This document shows, piece after piece, positions 1-9,705 of a stretch of 64,000 nucleotides of DNA (position 1 is its first letter; each line of letters begins with the position of its first letter). The DNA is from Candidatus Poribacteria bacterium (GTDB taxonomy: Bacteria > Poribacteria > WGA-4E > WGA-3G): NCBI GenBank assembly GCA_965214095.1, contig OZ243938.1, forward strand, positions 32,001 to 96,000, written 5' to 3'. Position numbers and translations under genes: made by a program. The notes under the pieces were generated by a model. That model was given only the letters and a program-made list of their open reading frames with translations, ran no database searches and was not told where the DNA came from.

Positions 1-2
1 GA

Positions 3-1124
3 CACGATTTTCATAGTGATACAGAACCCATTGACTCCTGTCTTCAAAAGGCAGCGCAGTTGATCAATGATTCAAAGCAACCGATCATTCTTGCAGGGAA
101 CGGAGTGGTCAGACAAAATGCATCTCGTATTCTGACTCAATTTGCTGAGATGACGAATATACCCGTGGCACACACATTCATGGGAAAGGGGAGTATTCCT
201 TGGACACACCACTTATCACTGCTTAGTGTAGGACTTCAGGCACATGATTTTGTTTCATGCGGATTTGACCGGGCAGACCTTGTTATTGCAATTGGATATG
301 ATATTGTTGAATACCATCCGAGCCTTTGGAATCCAAACCGCGATAAAAAACTTATCCATATAGACACACAACAGAGCGAAAGCGATGCCTCTTATGTCAC
401 AGATGTTGAGATGGTAGGTAATATCAGGCAGGGACTCAGACATTTAATGACACAAGAGATATATCCAAAAGATTCAGAATATGCATCCAACACATTGAGA
501 AAAATAATTCTTGATCAACTCTCAAAACATCGTGATGACAAAGAGTTTCCAATGAAGCCGCAAAAGATTTTAAGTGATGTTCGGTCTGTACTTGGTGAGG
601 ACGATATTCTCATCTCAGATGTTGGCGCACATAAAATGTGGATTGCACGTATGTATCCCTGCTATCAACCAAACACATGCATCATATCAAACGGGTTTGC
701 TTCTATGGGAATAGCAGTACCAGGTGCTTTTGTCGCGAAACTTATACATCCTGAACGCAAATGTCTCGCTGTCTGTGGAGATGGTGGATTCTTAATGAAC
801 TCACAGGAACTTGAAACAGCAACAAGAACAAAGGTCCCATTCGTAACACTCATATTCAATGACGAGGCTTATGGATTAATTGAATGGAAACAGATGAACG
901 GTTTTGGCAGACCTTCACATATAGATTTCACGAATCCTGATTTTGTCAAATATGCCGAAGCCTTTGGCGCAAAGGGATATAGAGTTGAAGGTAGTGATGA
1001 ATTGGTACCAATACTAAAAGACGCTTTTAGTCAAAGTGTTCCTTCTGTCATAGATTGTCCTGTCAACTATGCGGAGAACCTACGATTAACTGAAGAACTC
1101 GGACACTTAACTTGTCCGATATGA
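3..1124 (+). CDS. ilvB: Acetolactate synthase large subunit-like TPP enzyme (5'-partial, frame open to window edge)
   Basis: TPP-binding motif GDGGFLMNSQELET...N, SDVGAHKMW and ASMGIAVPGA; the frame is open upstream of position 60. Confidence 0.8.
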   Translation, partial: HDFHSDTEPIDSCLQKAAQLINDSKQPIILAGNGVVRQNASRILTQFAEMTNIPVAHTFMGKGSIPWTHHLSLLSVGLQAHDFVSCGFDRADLVIAIGYDIVEYHPSLWNPNRDKKLIHIDTQQSESDASYVTDVEMVGNIRQGLRHLMTQEIYPKDSEYASNTLRKIILDQLSKHRDDKEFPMKPQKILSDVRSVLGEDDILISDVGAHKMWIARMYPCYQPNTCIISNGFASMGIAVPGAFVAKLIHPERKCLAVCGDGGFLMNSQELETATRTKVPFVTLIFNDEAYGLIEWKQMNGFGRPSHIDFTNPDFVKYAEAFGAKGYRVEGSDELVPILKDAFSQSVPSVIDCPVNYAENLRLTEELGHLTCPI

Positions 1125-1160
1125 TTTTTAACTACACATAGGAGGAGAACATATCCTAAA

Positions 1161-2201
1161 ATGGCAATTTCAACAATTGAATGGGAAGATGGCAGAATAA
1201 AACTAATAGATCAAACGCTGTTACCAAACGAATTCAAGCAGATATATTGTGATGATTTACCAACAATATGGGAAGCGATAAAATCATTACGCGTTCGAGG
1301 TGCACCCGCTATAGGCATCGCTGGTGCGTTAGGTGCAGTTCTCGGAATATGGAATTCACAAGCTGAATCTTACGATGAGTTTGCAACTGAACTGAAATCG
1401 GCGACAGATTATCTTGCAACATCACGACCAACAGCTGTCAATCTGTTTTGGGCACTTGACAGAATCTCAAAGATAGCAGAGGAAAACAAAGATCTATCAA
1501 TATCCACGCTTAAAGATGTTTTACTTTCAGAAGCACTGCTGATTATAGAAGAGGACAAGCAGATGTGCCGTGCAATTGGTCAGCATGGAATGGCATTACT
1601 CAATGAGAACGATACGATATTAACACATTGCAACGCGGGTGGTTTAGCAACATCCGACTATGGTACCGCATTAGCAGTTATGTTCAGTGCTCACGATGCA
1701 GGTAAAAAGATTAGTGTTTTTGCTGATGAGACACGTCCTTTATTGCAAGGAGCACGTCTCACTACATGGGAATTGATGCAGGCAGGGATTGATGTTACGC
1801 TTATTTGTGATAATATGGCTGCACAAGTCATGAAAGAAGAAAAAATCCAGTGCGTAATCGTTGGCGCTGACAGAATTGCTGCTAATGGCGACACAGCTAA
1901 CAAGATTGGTACATACAACGTTGCCATTCTTGCTGAAGCACATGGCATACCTTTTTACGTTGCTGCCCCGACATCTACTTTAGATTATGCGCTTGCGACA
2001 GGTGAAGAAATCCCAATTGAGCAACGTTCAGCCGAAGAAGTAACAGAAGGATTCGGTAAACTGACAGCACCAAAAGGAGTAAAAGTTTATAGTCCTGCCT
2101 TTGATGTCACTCCTGCATCCTTAGTTACTGCGATTATCACTGAAAAAGGAGTTGCACGTCCACCATACACCGAAAGTCTAAAGGCATTGCAAGATTCATA
2201 A
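1161..2201 (+). CDS. mtnA: S-methyl-5-thioribose-1-phosphate isomerase
   Basis: VRGAPAIG, SRPTAVNLFWA, THCNAGGLAT, DETRPLLQGARLT and NKIGTY motifs; GGAGGAG upstream. Confidence 0.95.
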   Translation: MAISTIEWEDGRIKLIDQTLLPNEFKQIYCDDLPTIWEAIKSLRVRGAPAIGIAGALGAVLGIWNSQAESYDEFATELKSATDYLATSRPTAVNLFWALDRISKIAEENKDLSISTLKDVLLSEALLIIEEDKQMCRAIGQHGMALLNENDTILTHCNAGGLATSDYGTALAVMFSAHDAGKKISVFADETRPLLQGARLTTWELMQAGIDVTLICDNMAAQVMKEEKIQCVIVGADRIAANGDTANKIGTYNVAILAEAHGIPFYVAAPTSTLDYALATGEEIPIEQRSAEEVTEGFGKLTAPKGVKVYSPAFDVTPASLVTAIITEKGVARPPYTESLKALQDS

Positions 2202-2241
2202 TACCATGTGATTCTTTATATTAGAATGGATAATCTGTATA

Positions 2242-3531
2242 TCAAGCAACCCGTGCTATATTTGATCGTGTTCCTTGAACGTCAAAACATTCATATTGAT
2301 TTGTATACATAATCTGTGTGGCAAATGCCATCGCCTGTTTCTCGGTGAGGTATCCATCTGCGATTTCTGCTTCAAGTGCGCGTTGAATTTCATTCCGTGC
2401 TTGGATAGAATATGCATAAGCACTTGTAGGCCATCCCGTGTCCCCGCCAAAGGCAAATAACTTGTTGGAAGGTACGGCATGAATACATCTCCGCAGAAAA
2501 TCACGTGAACTATATGGATCAATACTCCATGCCCAACAGAAGTCTATCCAAATATTGCGATAGTGTTTTGCAAGGGCGACTAATTCATCATTATAAGGAT
2601 ATGCAATGTGCATCAGCACAAACTTAGCATCCAGATATCGAGAAAACAGCGCACACATATTACCCGCAGGAATACGACTGACAGGCATCCTATTATTTCC
2701 TGCATAATAACCAGTGTGGATTTTGAATGGAAGATTGTGTTCAATAGTAAGTTCTACACCACGTGCCCAACACCAATCTCCCAGACATAAACGTGTGGAT
2801 TCATCAATCTGATCGGAGGGTTTAGTCAACACAGCATTGAGTGCAACAGAGGCATCCTTATCACTACGTTCAATCCATTTAAGTGTACGATTGTAAGCGT
2901 GTTGGGATTTAACAGCAATAGCACAGGGGGCATGTTTAGCGAAAATCGCATCTATGCCTTTTTTCAAAGTTGCCAGGTCTTTCACTTCAACACCGGTTTC
3001 AGAGTGGATAGCTTCAGGATTCACCTGTCCATTACAGAAATTTGCCCAAGAAAGATCATATAAGAAAAAATCTTGTCCAGAGGTGTCTGGTGGACACGGC
3101 CAACTGAAGTCATCTGTTTGAATATGGTCAAGTTTCGCAATATCATGCAGGATATGAAGACGTTTCCCAGATTGACGAATAGTTTTTACTTTGTCTTGTG
3201 CTTTTTCAAGGGAATCACCTGTCAGTTCATCAAGTGCGTAGATATGTTTTGCAATGAGACTAACCGCTTCACCATAACCGGTGAATTGTGTGGCATGCCA
3301 AGCATCACGTATTCCCGCAAAACGTGTCCTGATATCTTTTGATGAATCCATTAAGTGTTGCATCGCCTCTGCTGAAGCACCCGCTGTATGTAGGTCAGCG
3401 GGGACATAATTACCAAATAAATCCTGGAGTATATCAGGTCCATTCTTCACCCAATCATCTTCTCGGCGCATGTGTTCATGCGTATCAACCATACGCGTTG
3501 AGTGGATATGATCTGCTAATTCTGTTGTCAT
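2242..3531 (-). CDS. Amidohydrolase family protein (uronate isomerase-like TIM barrel)
   Basis: DTHEH metal motif, KIHTG, LMHIAYPY and GGD motifs; start placed at ATG 3531 because GAAAGGA RBS precedes it. Confidence 0.8.
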   Translation of the reverse strand: MTTELADHIHSTRMVDTHEHMRREDDWVKNGPDILQDLFGNYVPADLHTAGASAEAMQHLMDSSKDIRTRFAGIRDAWHATQFTGYGEAVSLIAKHIYALDELTGDSLEKAQDKVKTIRQSGKRLHILHDIAKLDHIQTDDFSWPCPPDTSGQDFFLYDLSWANFCNGQVNPEAIHSETGVEVKDLATLKKGIDAIFAKHAPCAIAVKSQHAYNRTLKWIERSDKDASVALNAVLTKPSDQIDESTRLCLGDWCWARGVELTIEHNLPFKIHTGYYAGNNRMPVSRIPAGNMCALFSRYLDAKFVLMHIAYPYNDELVALAKHYRNIWIDFCWAWSIDPYSSRDFLRRCIHAVPSNKLFAFGGDTGWPTSAYAYSIQARNEIQRALEAEIADGYLTEKQAMAFATQIMYTNQYECFDVQGTRSNIARVA

Positions 3532-3567
3532 GAATGTATTCCTTTCCATTATCTGGACATTTTTCTT

Positions 3568-3670
3568 TATAGTACATTTTGAAATTACTTGAACACTCTG
3601 CATCGGCGAGGTTAGGAGACCTCGCCTACCGTGGGTCGAAAGTGTCAACTTATATTTATAATTCACTATA
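3568..3670. mobile_element. 103-bp MITE-like repeat, copy 1 (intact), with internal GTAG-type REP hairpin
   Basis: Ends TATAGT...ACTATA with imperfect terminal inverted repeats; minus strand has GTAG-GCGAGGT-N6-ACCTCGC; 90/99 identical (manual count) to inverted copy at 50164-50262. Confidence 0.8.
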
Positions 3671-4046
3671 ATATAAATTCATACTTGACAAACACATTAT
3701 AATATGATTAACTATAATGTAACTATAATAGACACACTATTTTCATTTAGATATGTCTATTGAAAGTCATTGTGAATATGATATTGTAAAGTCTGCTGAA
3801 GATTATAGACAAATTGTTATGTTATGTCAAAAGAAACATCCAATTCGTATGCAATACTATTCTTTCTTCTAAATATATAATTGTAATCATACATTGTGGA
3901 AATTGTGAATAGGAGATTTTCTTAAAAGTAGTTTTTGTTAGTTATAAGTTTATGCATGCCTTCTGCTTTTTTATTTACGACATTCACGAAATACGTGAAT
4001 CAGTATAGAAACTTGCGTCAGCGGAAGACAATCACAGGAGCATATA

Positions 4047-4979
4047 ATGCCTACAGGACGGATAAAATATTATAATTTAGATAAAGGATTCGGTTTTATA
4101 GCACAAGATAACAGTGAAGAGGATGTTTTCTTACACAGTTCCGCTATTAAATATGCCGACTATGAGGAACTACGTGTTGGTCAGCGCGTTAAATATAATG
4201 TCGTTGAAGGAGATAAAGGATTAGTAGCGAAGAATGTGGAAGTCTTGCTAACCCCTACTGAAAGAAGATGGTTACGACAAGGCAAAACAATAATTCCAAG
4301 AGGATATTCTGGATTCCAAGCTCAGAATCAAGATCAAGCCAGTAATGCTACGCAAGCATTTTCTGACAATTCAGTGAATAAGAATGAAGATGAGCATCCA
4401 AAACATACCCCCACAGATTGGAAAAGTAGTTCTCAGAAGCAAACATCGGGATTACGTTCCAATAGAGAACATACTGAAAAAGAACAAACTTCCAGGCAGT
4501 TAAGTTTCGGAGACCTCTATATCCTCAAACAGATAAATCAGGAAACTCCGATGTATTTTGCTATGTACAATCATGTGAATTTTCCTGCCACTGTTTTAGA
4601 AATGACACTGTCAGGATTTACTCTTAATTGTAATGATAGTGAAGAAGTTGTAAAGAAGTCTGACATCAAGTATTGCTATAAGGATATTGATGCCCAAAAT
4701 GTCACTGCACTACTTGAATATAAAGATGAAGTAAAAGACAAGCAACTGCAGCCGGTTGAAACAGATGATGAGCAATATTCCATTGATACTGAGGCAGTCA
4801 ATCATGCCCGACAGGATGGAAATGCTATCCAGGTTACACTACGCGAAGGTGAGTTTTTTCAAGGGATTATTGATTGGATTAGTCCGTATGAAATAAAGTT
4901 AGTATTGAAAAATGGTGCCAAGATTGTTGTATTTCAACATGCTATCTGTGATTTGGCAGTTGTCAAAATGGAGGAATAA
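4047..4979 (+). CDS. Cold-shock domain protein with C-terminal tandem Hfq/Sm-like domains
   Basis: N-terminal KGFGFI (RNP1) and DVFLH (RNP2); polar linker; C-terminus IQVTLREGEFFQGIIDWISPYEIKL...VVFQHAI aligns by eye with Hfq Sm1/Sm2. Confidence 0.75.
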   Translation: MPTGRIKYYNLDKGFGFIAQDNSEEDVFLHSSAIKYADYEELRVGQRVKYNVVEGDKGLVAKNVEVLLTPTERRWLRQGKTIIPRGYSGFQAQNQDQASNATQAFSDNSVNKNEDEHPKHTPTDWKSSSQKQTSGLRSNREHTEKEQTSRQLSFGDLYILKQINQETPMYFAMYNHVNFPATVLEMTLSGFTLNCNDSEEVVKKSDIKYCYKDIDAQNVTALLEYKDEVKDKQLQPVETDDEQYSIDTEAVNHARQDGNAIQVTLREGEFFQGIIDWISPYEIKLVLKNGAKIVVFQHAICDLAVVKMEE

Positions 4980-4980
4980 A

Positions 4981-5574
4981 TTGGAAACCTTACCTGAAGA
5001 AGTCATGGCAACTTATCACGAACTTGTGGAGGAGATTTCACAAGACATAGCAAGATTACAGAAGGAACATGGACGTGGTCCTTGTCCATCAAACTGTTTC
5101 CAATGTTGTCTAAACACATCAACGATTCCCATCAGCGAAGTAGAAGCGCGTGATTTAAAAACAGGTCTTGACGCACTTCCCGAACCTATACGACAACATA
5201 TTCGTGAAAAAGCACAGAGAACAATTGAGGTGTTAGAGAAGAAAGGTTTTTCTCCAGATAAAATGGTTCAGGATGCAGGAATGAAAGCAATTGATGTTAT
5301 TAAAGGTAAATCCTATGGTGAATGTCCTATGCTCGTAGGAGGCGTTTGTACTGTTTACGAACACCGGCCAGTAATCTGCCGTGTATGGGGATATCCTATT
5401 AATAACGGAGCAGAGTTGGCTTGTTGTAAAAAAACGTTTATTGGTGTGCGTCGCAATTTCGAACCTATAGACTATGCAGACTACTGGCGGAGATGTAAAG
5501 AATTGAGTCTGACGCTTGGTGCAAAAGAAAAAACACCAAATTGCTATTTAGTACTAAAGTTGTTGGATGATTAG
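4981..5574 (+). CDS. YkgJ-family (CxxCxxCC) cysteine-cluster protein
   Basis: CPSNCFQCC and CPML...CTVYEHRPVICRVWG; TTG at 4981 follows GGAGG. Confidence 0.8.
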   Translation: METLPEEVMATYHELVEEISQDIARLQKEHGRGPCPSNCFQCCLNTSTIPISEVEARDLKTGLDALPEPIRQHIREKAQRTIEVLEKKGFSPDKMVQDAGMKAIDVIKGKSYGECPMLVGGVCTVYEHRPVICRVWGYPINNGAELACCKKTFIGVRRNFEPIDYADYWRRCKELSLTLGAKEKTPNCYLVLKLLDD

Positions 5575-5609
5575 TTGATATAATTTGATGGTCTTTATAC
5601 ACTATACTC

Positions 5610-5939
5610 CTAATCGTCCATTGAATCGATGAGTTCACGTAAGAATTTGAAAGTATAAATTCCTGTTTTATGTCCGTCACTCCACTGTAGTTGAATAGCG
5701 TACCTTCCAACAGGTTGAATCCCAACCAAATGCAGTTTTTCCCAATAATCATCAGTAGGTAACATCCGAAAAGGGTCGTCCTGCTGCTTTTCAGCATCAC
5801 ATCGTGCACATGGACATTTCTCTCTGAGTAACCTATAAGAAAGTTCACTCAGATGTCCATCTTTCCACTGTATTGACAAACTATGAGGTAGTCGTTTGAT
5901 TTCTGTCGGTTTGGATTGTCTAAGATCGTCTTTCATCAT
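5610..5939 (-). CDS. DUF971 / gamma-butyrobetaine hydroxylase-like N-terminal domain protein
   Basis: LREKCPCARC and VGRYAIQLQWSDGHKTGIYTFKFLR. Confidence 0.85.
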   Translation of the reverse strand: MMKDDLRQSKPTEIKRLPHSLSIQWKDGHLSELSYRLLREKCPCARCDAEKQQDDPFRMLPTDDYWEKLHLVGIQPVGRYAIQLQWSDGHKTGIYTFKFLRELIDSMDD

Positions 5940-5946
5940 TCAGTTC

Positions 5947-7206
5947 CTAACTCCACAACCTATCATGTGATCTTTCATTATCCCATTCTGTTGTAGGCAC
6001 AAAATATCCAGTTTCATTTGTATGCAGATGTTCCTTGATAACTTCCTCATTCAGTTCAATACCCAATCCGGGTGTTTCAGGAACAGCAATATAACCGTCT
6101 TGAATAATTGGATTCGGTAATCCAGTTACCATTTCATCCCACCAAGGATTATCTACAGAGTGATTTTCCAATACCATAAAGTTTGATGTTGCCGCTGCAC
6201 AATGAACACTTGCCATAGCACAAACAGGGGTCCCTGCCATGTGGAGAGCCATTGCAATGCCATGTGCTTCCGCGAGGTCACCAATCTTTTTAGTTTCCAG
6301 TATCCCGCCAGATGTTGCAATGTCAGGATGACAGATCGCAATAGCACGGTTTTCAAACAACGGCATAAAATCCTCTTTACAATAGATATCCTCACCAGTG
6401 CAAATTGGCGTCGCACAGGAATTTGATAAACGAACATATTGGTCTGTATATTGCCAAGGAACCATGTCCTCTAACCAAGCAAGGTTATATTTCTCCAATG
6501 CTTTTGCAAGTCTGATACAATCTTCTATTCCAATATGTCCGAAATGGTCTACAGCAAGTGGAATCTCATATCCGATTATGTCACGTACAGATTCCACATA
6601 ATCACATAGTATTCCAATTCCCTTTTCGGTGAGCCGGATGCCTGTGAAGGGATGCATCAGGCTATTTGTCTCCAAATTACCATCGGGAGCAGAGACCGTC
6701 CCAGGAATGCCTCGCAGCAATCCAACACCCAAATCCATTTTCAGAAATGTAAATCCCCTGTCTATCCGTTCTTGTAGTTTCTTACCCATTTCTTCCGGGT
6801 TTTTCAGTGATGGTGTATCACTATAACATCGGATTTTATCTCGGAATTTACCACCAGCAAGTTGATAACACGGTACACCATAAGCCTTACCAGCCAGATC
6901 CATCAGTGCCATTTCAATTCCACAGACACCGCCACCTTGACGCGCATGATGACCAAATTGCTTGATTTGACGAAAGATCTTGTCAACATTACACGGGTTT
7001 TCTCCTAAGATACGACTTTTGAGCATCAGTGCATAAGTTGGACTTGCCCCATCACGAACTTCACCCAGTCCATGTATACCTTGATTAGTACCCAATTTCA
7101 AGATCGGTCCGCCAACTTGAGTCCGGACGAGTCGCATATCAGTAATTTTTAGTTCTGATGGACGTGAGTTAGTATTTACATTAGATAACATGGACTGTGT
7201 TTCCAT
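5947..7206 (-). CDS. Mandelate racemase/muconate lactonizing enzyme (enolase superfamily) dehydratase
   Basis: GIEMALMDLAGK, KMD, metal ligands in VDH/WLED/TGED, PGLGIELNE. Confidence 0.9.
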   Translation of the reverse strand: METQSMLSNVNTNSRPSELKITDMRLVRTQVGGPILKLGTNQGIHGLGEVRDGASPTYALMLKSRILGENPCNVDKIFRQIKQFGHHARQGGGVCGIEMALMDLAGKAYGVPCYQLAGGKFRDKIRCYSDTPSLKNPEEMGKKLQERIDRGFTFLKMDLGVGLLRGIPGTVSAPDGNLETNSLMHPFTGIRLTEKGIGILCDYVESVRDIIGYEIPLAVDHFGHIGIEDCIRLAKALEKYNLAWLEDMVPWQYTDQYVRLSNSCATPICTGEDIYCKEDFMPLFENRAIAICHPDIATSGGILETKKIGDLAEAHGIAMALHMAGTPVCAMASVHCAAATSNFMVLENHSVDNPWWDEMVTGLPNPIIQDGYIAVPETPGLGIELNEEVIKEHLHTNETGYFVPTTEWDNERSHDRLWS

Positions 7207-7929
7207 CTATGTTTCCTTTATGTAATGGTCTAATGCAGTATCTAAGATACCAAGATGAAGCGCAACACGTTGAGCCATTTCCCAAACAGTCGGTGTCTCA
7301 GGAATGATGACATGTTCGCTATGATAATGTAATAGATAAGGTGCCAATCCTTTTGCACCCCATTTTGATGCCACTCTATATACGCCTTGAGAAACCGCCG
7401 TTGTATCTTCACCAGAATCTTCAGTGTCTATCGGACCTATTAGTTTGACAACATTGGCAATTTGGGGACCAAGATACTGCTGATTTTGTATCCCCTCATA
7501 TAGGTAAAAACCTTTTGCCTCATAGTCTTCATGAAAGTCTATCGTCATAGTAAAGTGCATATTACTTATAGCTTCTTTGACGATTGTAACCTCCAACACA
7601 TCATCTGTTTCAAAGGAACGATTAATATCAACATTATCCTTGTTTTCTCGAATATCATGAATATAACCGTAAGGATTGATACACGGAATTACAACAAAGG
7701 AAAAATGATTTAGAAAATTAGTGTTGTCGCGTGTCAGGAACGATATCGCTGCTTCTACACTTGCTGGTTCATCTCCATGCACGCCACCAGTAATCAGTAT
7801 CTGTTTGGGATGGCATGACTGAGATTGAAGTTGGAAGAGATAAATAGGACTATCGTCAACAGCACCTATGATCTTGTGTGGAAGGTCTAATTGTTGTAAT
7901 CGTCTGATTAGATTGGAATAATCTCGCAA
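7207..7929 (-). CDS. M14-family metallocarboxypeptidase / succinylglutamate desuccinylase-like
   Basis: GGVHGDEPA, NPYGY...RENKDNVDINRSF, IDFHED, ETP. Confidence 0.85.
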   Translation of the reverse strand: MRDYSNLIRRLQQLDLPHKIIGAVDDSPIYLFQLQSQSCHPKQILITGGVHGDEPASVEAAISFLTRDNTNFLNHFSFVVIPCINPYGYIHDIRENKDNVDINRSFETDDVLEVTIVKEAISNMHFTMTIDFHEDYEAKGFYLYEGIQNQQYLGPQIANVVKLIGPIDTEDSGEDTTAVSQGVYRVASKWGAKGLAPYLLHYHSEHVIIPETPTVWEMAQRVALHLGILDTALDHYIKET

Positions 7930-7968
7930 TATGAATTTTACCCTTTATCTGGATTGTACAAATAGAAT

Positions 7969-8775
7969 CTAATCTTGATTAGCACGCCACTGCGCGAAAT
8001 CTTTCTCAATCTCTTCAGACCATTTCCTGTCTATTTCACCTGGTGTATAAATTCCTTCTCTTAGTCGTTGATGTCCAAACCGATCTCTGAGTTGTACCTC
8101 TTCTCCTTGTTCAACAACTTGTTGTGTAAAGTGTGGTGGAATAAAAATGATTCCCCCACGTCTACCCAAAACAACATCTCCAGGCAGGACAGTCGCTTCA
8201 GCAATTCGGATAGGGATGTTGATACCAGTGAGTGTTACGTTCGCTATACCTGTAGGATCAACGCCGCGTACAAACGTCGCAAAATCAGGTAGTTCATAGA
8301 TACCATCTAAATCTCGTATACCACCGTCAATAACCATCCCAGTTCCAGTTTTAGCATAGATGGAATTACCAAGATTATCACCAGCGAAAGTGCCATCCTT
8401 TACTTTACCAAACAGGTCCACGACAATCACATCATCCTTAACAAGTGTGTCAATAACCCATGAGTTTTGTCCCCCAACGCGTCCATCCTTTTCACCTTGT
8501 GCCGAAACAGCATCATTAAAATCTGGACGTATGGGAACAAAAGCACATGTCACTGCTCGACCAACAAGAATACGATCAGGATGAAGATTCATCCATTCAC
8601 CAGCAAATTGGAATTTATATCCATTACCATTTAGAACACCCCATGCTTGTTCAATGCTGATTGCCTTCATCCTCTGAAGGATATCGTCTGGCACGCGGGG
8701 ACGACCATCGTCAAACCGATCACCTTCCCATAGATGTGTAATGGCAATAATGCTTTCTTTGTTGAGTAATTGCAC
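7969..8775 (-). CDS. RraA-family / HMG aldolase-like protein
   Basis: GRAVT, GDNLG, VIDGGIRDLDG, VLPGDVVLG; likely GTG start at 8775. Confidence 0.85.
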   Translation of the reverse strand: MQLLNKESIIAITHLWEGDRFDDGRPRVPDDILQRMKAISIEQAWGVLNGNGYKFQFAGEWMNLHPDRILVGRAVTCAFVPIRPDFNDAVSAQGEKDGRVGGQNSWVIDTLVKDDVIVVDLFGKVKDGTFAGDNLGNSIYAKTGTGMVIDGGIRDLDGIYELPDFATFVRGVDPTGIANVTLTGINIPIRIAEATVLPGDVVLGRRGGIIFIPPHFTQQVVEQGEEVQLRDRFGHQRLREGIYTPGEIDRKWSEEIEKDFAQWRANQD

Positions 8776-8801
8776 AATTTTACCTTTTGAAGATTGTTGG
8801 C

Positions 8802-9656
8802 TTATAGTCCAGCGTTTTGCCACACCTGATTGAGAGAGTCCGCAGTTGTTTTCGCAGCTTCTGCCGGTTCCATCTCACCAACCTTTTTACTGAATGGTTC
8901 GGGAGTTACAGGACCATCGTATCCAATGTCATTTAGAATTTGCATCAATTCTGTCAGTGGAATTACTCCTGTTTCTGCTGGGAGACATCTAATATTGTCA
9001 ATCTGTTCATCTGGATCAATCCCTGCAGGGGCATCGTTGATATGGACATACACAACATCAGAGGCAGACAGTTTACGCACATCGTCAACTGTAGAACGAC
9101 ATGTATACCAGTGCCACGTATCAAACAGTAAACCAACGTTTCCTGTTCCGATAGCAGCAGCGAGACCTAACATCGCATCCATTGTATATGCAAAGAGATG
9201 TTTTGCCCCTTTGCGGCTTGTTGCAGGTCCGATAAATTCCAAACCGATTGAATGTCCATAATCATTTAGGATTTCTGCTACACCGCGAAGTCTCTTGACA
9301 GAGAAATCCCAATTCTTTTGAAATGTCATATCGTTAGATGCTGGACCAACTACTGTCGTTGTGCGGAAGCAACCGAGTTCTGCAGCGAGTTCAGCTCGCG
9401 CAGGTAATTGCGCCAAACCGGAATAATAATCAGCATCTGAGCCGCGCCAATTTACACCAAACCCCCAACCACCCATAGCAATACCAGCAGAATTCCACAT
9501 ATCCTTTACATAGTCAACTGAGTGTTCCTCTGCAAGTTGATGTGCTTCACCAATATTCAGATCAAGTCCTTCAAATCCTGCTTCTTTTGCTAATGCTAAC
9601 CCTTCAGTCATATTCGCTCGGATGCCGATAGCACCCGTACTTAGATTTCGGAACAT
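8802..9656 (-). CDS. Sugar phosphate isomerase/epimerase (xylose isomerase-like TIM barrel)
   Basis: GLEFIG, LFDTWHW, VHINDA, R-x-LP, GYDGPVTPEPF. Confidence 0.88.
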   Translation of the reverse strand: MFRNLSTGAIGIRANMTEGLALAKEAGFEGLDLNIGEAHQLAEEHSVDYVKDMWNSAGIAMGGWGFGVNWRGSDADYYSGLAQLPARAELAAELGCFRTTTVVGPASNDMTFQKNWDFSVKRLRGVAEILNDYGHSIGLEFIGPATSRKGAKHLFAYTMDAMLGLAAAIGTGNVGLLFDTWHWYTCRSTVDDVRKLSASDVVYVHINDAPAGIDPDEQIDNIRCLPAETGVIPLTELMQILNDIGYDGPVTPEPFSKKVGEMEPAEAAKTTADSLNQVWQNAGL

Positions 9657-9705
9657 ATTTTCTCCTATTTCTATCAGATGTGTAAGACTATCAGATTATA
9701 TAAGA

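Noticed and set aside
3532-3666. 45-aa N-terminal extension of the amidohydrolase in the ORF track
   Set aside because: It runs through the MITE, and a good RBS precedes ATG 3531.
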